From: the human T2T-CHM13v2.0 reference genome, Homo sapiens
NCBI RefSeq assembly: GCF_009914755.1
Contig: NC_060934.1
Direction: 5' to 3' (one strand)
Length of the DNA stretch: 64,000 nt
Part shown: positions 60,161 through 64,000 of the stretch, in pieces
Layout of the letters: every line of letters starts with the position of its first letter
Numbering within the stretch: position 1 is the stretch's first letter
The notes under the pieces: generated by a model
Seen by the model: the letters and a program-made list of their open reading frames with translations, nothing else
Told to the model about the DNA's origin: nothing
The model's database searches: none
Made by a program: the position numbers and the translations under genes

Positions 60161-61042
60161 TCAAGTGAACATAACCAGTGTTGTCCATCACGAGCTGAGA
60201 GCTTTCATATCCACAATCATAAGAATCAGGCAGGACCAATAATAATTTATTATACAGTTAAAGCAGCATATCAGGAATCAGCCCTCAGTAGGATGAAATG
60301 GCCCTAGTAAGCTGCGTGAAAAAAGAGGAACAGATTCCCATGTGACCCACCATTGTTGCACCAGTGCTGCTCCTATAAACTTCCATTGGCTTCTGAAAGA
60401 TTCTGCATGACAGTCTGAAAGAGGAGGAAAAATATGTCCAGGCTTTGTTCACTAATGGGCTATGTGGGTAAATTATTCTAAGGCAACAATAATAGATTAA
60501 TGGTGAGCTACATCTTGCCTATGGGTGTCCTTGAAAGACAGTGAAGAAGAGAAATCCTCTCAGTAGGTAAAGCCTAAGGTATTGCACTTTGTGTGGGGGA
60601 AAAAGGAAACAGCCCAAGGGAATTCTAGAGAGTAGCAAATGACTGGGTTGTTTTCTCAGAGGCTTGAAGGACTGTTACTAGAAAATCAATAGGAAAAAGG
60701 TTCTGGAAAGAAGTATAGGGATGATATATGGGGAATTCACAAAGTATAAGGATCTTTGCATCACATTTTAATTTCCCCCAAAAATAATGCATTTCAGAAG
60801 AGGAATATGGACAGATTTATATAGAAATATGACAGATTTATCATATGCAACTTGTATACCTAAACCCTGGTTACATTCTTTGTAAAGGCCTAGAAGACAC
60901 TTCCTTCAATTGGAAGGTTGATAAATATATCAATGAGAGGAATACAATGAAACTTGAATCACTGTATTTTCTCTTCTTTGTAGGCTAGATATGACCATGG
61001 GTAATTTCTCCAATTAGATAAACGTTCTCATTTTACTGGTAA

Positions 61043-61549
61043 TGACACAGGGCAGGTCAACCCCCAAATTGGGCTTAACCCAGGAGAGTTGTTGGCTTCA
61101 CCCAGGAAAGAATTCAAGGGTGAGTTGGTGGTATTAAAACAGCAACTTTTATGGAAGCAGCTTGTTTACAGCAGCAGCAGAGGTACTACTCTTTGTGGAG
61201 CAGGGCAACCCCACAGGTGTGTGCCTACAGTAGCTGTTTAGTTCTGCAGTCATATTTGTACAAACTTTTAATTATAAATAAATTAAGTAATGGATTACGC
61301 AGAAATTTATAGAAAAAGTTGGTAACTTCTGGGTCACTGTGTCATTGCCATGGAAAAGGGTGGTAACTTCCAGGTGTTGCCCGGACAATGGCAAACTGAC
61401 ATGGTGCACTGCTGGGTGCACCATGTCAGTTTGCCATTGTCCTGGCATCTCGTATGGGGAGATGCTTTCACCTCTTCCCTGTCTTCTCTAGTCCTGAATC
61501 TGGTCCACTGTCTGAGCCCTGCCTCCAGAGTTGAGTCCCACCTTCTACA
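61043..61549 (-). mobile_element. ERV1 solo LTR (MER66-like)
   Basis: CCCAGGAAAGAATTCAAGGGTGAG...GGTAACTTC duplicated...CCCTGCCTCCAGAGTTGAGTCCCACCTTCTACA. Confidence 0.7.
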
Positions 61550-61849
61550 GTGGATGGTATTCTGGAGTAGCAGAGGCAAGGTGGCACAGACAAAATGGAC
61601 ACATTTATTATTTTAAAAAGGAAGCAAAAAGGTATAGATAATCAGGATTGTTTTAAGCTTCAGAGACCTGTGGGTATGGTTATTTGAAAACAATTTTCTT
61701 AGGAATTATATAGATAGGAAATCAACCAGAATATATTTCTCAAATCTATATAATACAAATATTCCAGGTCTAGTAGCCCAAATCCTGATTTAACTTATCA
61801 CAATTGAAAGTCATAATATCTCTCCTAGTTTTCAGACTCAAGCTAATTG

Positions 61850-63747
61850 ATATATACATCGCTTTCCATACATTTTTTTATGATGAGACATCTAAAATTT
61901 ACTGTTATTTTGAAATGAACGTTATTATTGACTCCAATGACCCTACTGTGCAACAGATCTCAAAATCTATTTCTCTTTTCTACCTGAATCTTTGTATCTA
62001 TTGACTGACAATTCTCCATTCCTTCGCTCCCTATCCCTCCAACCTCTAGTAACCATCATTATGATCTATTTGTCTGTAAGTTAAACTTTATTGGATTTTA
62101 TATATACATGACGTAATGTGGTATTTGTCTTTCTGTGCTTGGCTTATTTCACTTAGCATAATGTCCTCTGATTCATTCATGTTGTCACAAATGACAGGAT
62201 TTACCCCTTCTTAAGGCTGAGCAGTATTTCATTGTGAATATATACCACATCTTTAATCTGTTCATCCGTGGATAAACAGTTAGGTTGACTCCATATCTTG
62301 GCTATTGTGAATACTGCTACAATGAACATGAGAGTGCAGATATGCCTCTGAAATACTGAGTTCAGTTCCTTTGGATATATACCTAGAAGTGGGATTAGTG
62401 GATAATATGTTAGCTCTCTTTTTAGTTTTTTGAAGAACCTCCATACAGTTTTCATAATGGTTGTACTAATTTTCATTCCCACAAACAACAATGTATAAGA
62501 GTTCCCTTTGCTCTGTATTCTCTCCAACACTATCTTTCATCTTTTTGCTAAAAGTCATTCTAGCATGTGAGGTGATATCTTACTGTGGTTTTAATTTGCA
62601 TTTTTCTAATGATTAGTGTTGCTAAACATGTTTTTAAAAATGTACCTGTTTGCCATTTGTATGTCTTCTTTTGAGAAATACATGCTCAGGCCTTTTGCCC
62701 ATTTTTAAAGTCAGGTTGTTTTCTTACTATTGAGTTGTTTCAGTTCCATGTATATTTTGGATATTAACCGTTTATCAGATACACAGTTTGCAAATATTTG
62801 CTGCTATTCTGTGGGCCAGCTCTTCACTTTCTTAATTCCTCCCTTTGATGTACAGAAGCTTTTTAGTTTGATGCCATCCCATTTTCTGTTTTTGCTTTTT
62901 TTGTCTGTGCTTTTGGGGTTATATCCTAAAAATTATTGCACAGACCAAAGTCTTGAGGGTTTTCTCCTGTTTTCTTCTAGTAGTTTTACCAGTTTCAGGT
63001 GTTGTATTTAAATCTTTAATATATTTTGAGGTTTGTTTTTTGTAAATGGTGTAAAATAAGCGTCTAATTTTATTCTCCTGCATGTGGATATCCAGTTTTC
63101 CCAACATCATTTATTGAAGACTGTGTCTTTTCCCCATTTTGTGTTCTCGGCATCTTTGCCAAAAGTCAATTGATTATAAATGCATGGGTTTATTTGTAGG
63201 TTTTCTCTTCTCTTCCATTGGTCAGTGTACCTGTTTCTGTGCCAGTACCATGCTGTTGTGATTATAATTGCTTTATAATATTTGTTTGAAACTGAGGAAT
63301 GTGATGCCTCCAGCTTTGCTCTTTTTGCTTAAGATTGTTTTGACTCTTGAAGTCTTATGTGGTTCCATATGAATTTAGGTATAGTTTTTTTTTCTGTGAA
63401 AAATGACGTTAGAATTTTAATATGGATTACATTGAATCTGTAGACCACTTGGGTAGTATGGATTTTTTCACAACATTATTTTTTCTAATCCATGAACACA
63501 GTATATCTTTCCATTAATTTGTGTTTTCTTCAATTTATTTAATTAGTGTTTAATAGTTTTCAGTATATAGGTCTTTTATCATCTTGTTTAAATTGACATG
63601 TAAGTATTTATTTTGTTCCTATTGTAAATGGAATTGTTTTCTTAATTTCCCCTTTGGATAGTTTGTATTTATTATACAGAATGCTACTGATTTTTGTAGG
63701 TTGATTTTGTATCCTGTAAGTTTGCTGAATTTATCAGTTTTAATAGT

Positions 63748-63779
<32 letters not shown>

Positions 63780-63830
63780 GAGCCTTTGTGTTTTTCTCTA
63801 TATAAGATCATGTTGTCAGAAAATAGAAAG
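61850..63830 (-). mobile_element. L1MA (about MA8-10) 3' portion
   Basis: Reverse ORF2 C-terminus ORF (IPLLGIYPKEL...FTIAKIWSQPNC) and L1MA 3' UTR. Confidence 0.88.
63748..63776. repeat. (TG)14 microsatellite
   Basis: Directly visible. Confidence 0.95.
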
Positions 63831-64000
63831 AGCTTCATATAAGTATATACTTTAAGTCTTCCTTTGTACCTTCCCCAAAGGGAACTATGACACTACTCCA
63901 GGAACCGTGTACTGTACCAAAGGGATTATCCAGACATGTTTGATATTACCACACACTGGCTCTGAAATAACATTAATTTCTCATACCCCAAAATGCCACC

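Larger units (their letters stand above)
55946..60800 (+). mobile_element. decayed ERVL internal region (ERV3-16A3/HERVL-like gag-pro-pol)
   Basis: RT-like motifs with stops: TTTAATTCACCGGTA (FNSPV), GACTACTGTAAACTGAAC (DYCKLN), TTCACTCTCTTGCCTCAGGGT (FTLLPQG). Confidence 0.8.
60880..64000 (+). mobile_element. second ERVL gag-pro-like block, interrupted by an ERV1 LTR and L1MA
   Basis: 60880-61830 parallels 57040-57570; 63850-64000 contains CACACTGGCTCTGAAATAACATTAATT, a decayed DTGSE.TLI protease motif. Confidence 0.6.

Overview
AT-rich, CpG-poor primate (most likely human) intergenic or deep-intronic DNA, dominated by interspersed repeats. These include about 17 Alu/FLAM elements, many L1 fragments of all ages (L1ME/MC/MB/MA to L1PA2/3), L2, MIR, HAL1, hAT-type DNA transposons, MaLR/ERVL/ERV1 LTRs, and a decayed LTR16-type ERVL provirus (about 55.2-64 kb). 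I found no supportable protein-coding gene, CpG island or complete RNA gene. The recognisable ORFs are Alu, L1 or LTR read-through, and the rest are short with no protein similarity I can identify. The most notable items are: (1) perfect inverted repeats inside otherwise decayed transposons (27-bp stem at 61383-61442, 16-bp stem at 13828-13864, 12-bp stem at 32408-32437), suggesting template-switch hairpin creation, one of pre-miRNA size; (2) a 35-nt 5S rRNA 5' fragment wedged between two L1 pieces (42733-42767); (3) an L1MA whose 5' region is fused in frame into ORF2; (4) a repeated ERVL gag-pro block; (5) several young, possibly polymorphic insertions and STRs. Subfamily names come from recalled consensus sequences rather than a RepeatMasker run, and old-repeat boundaries are approximate.
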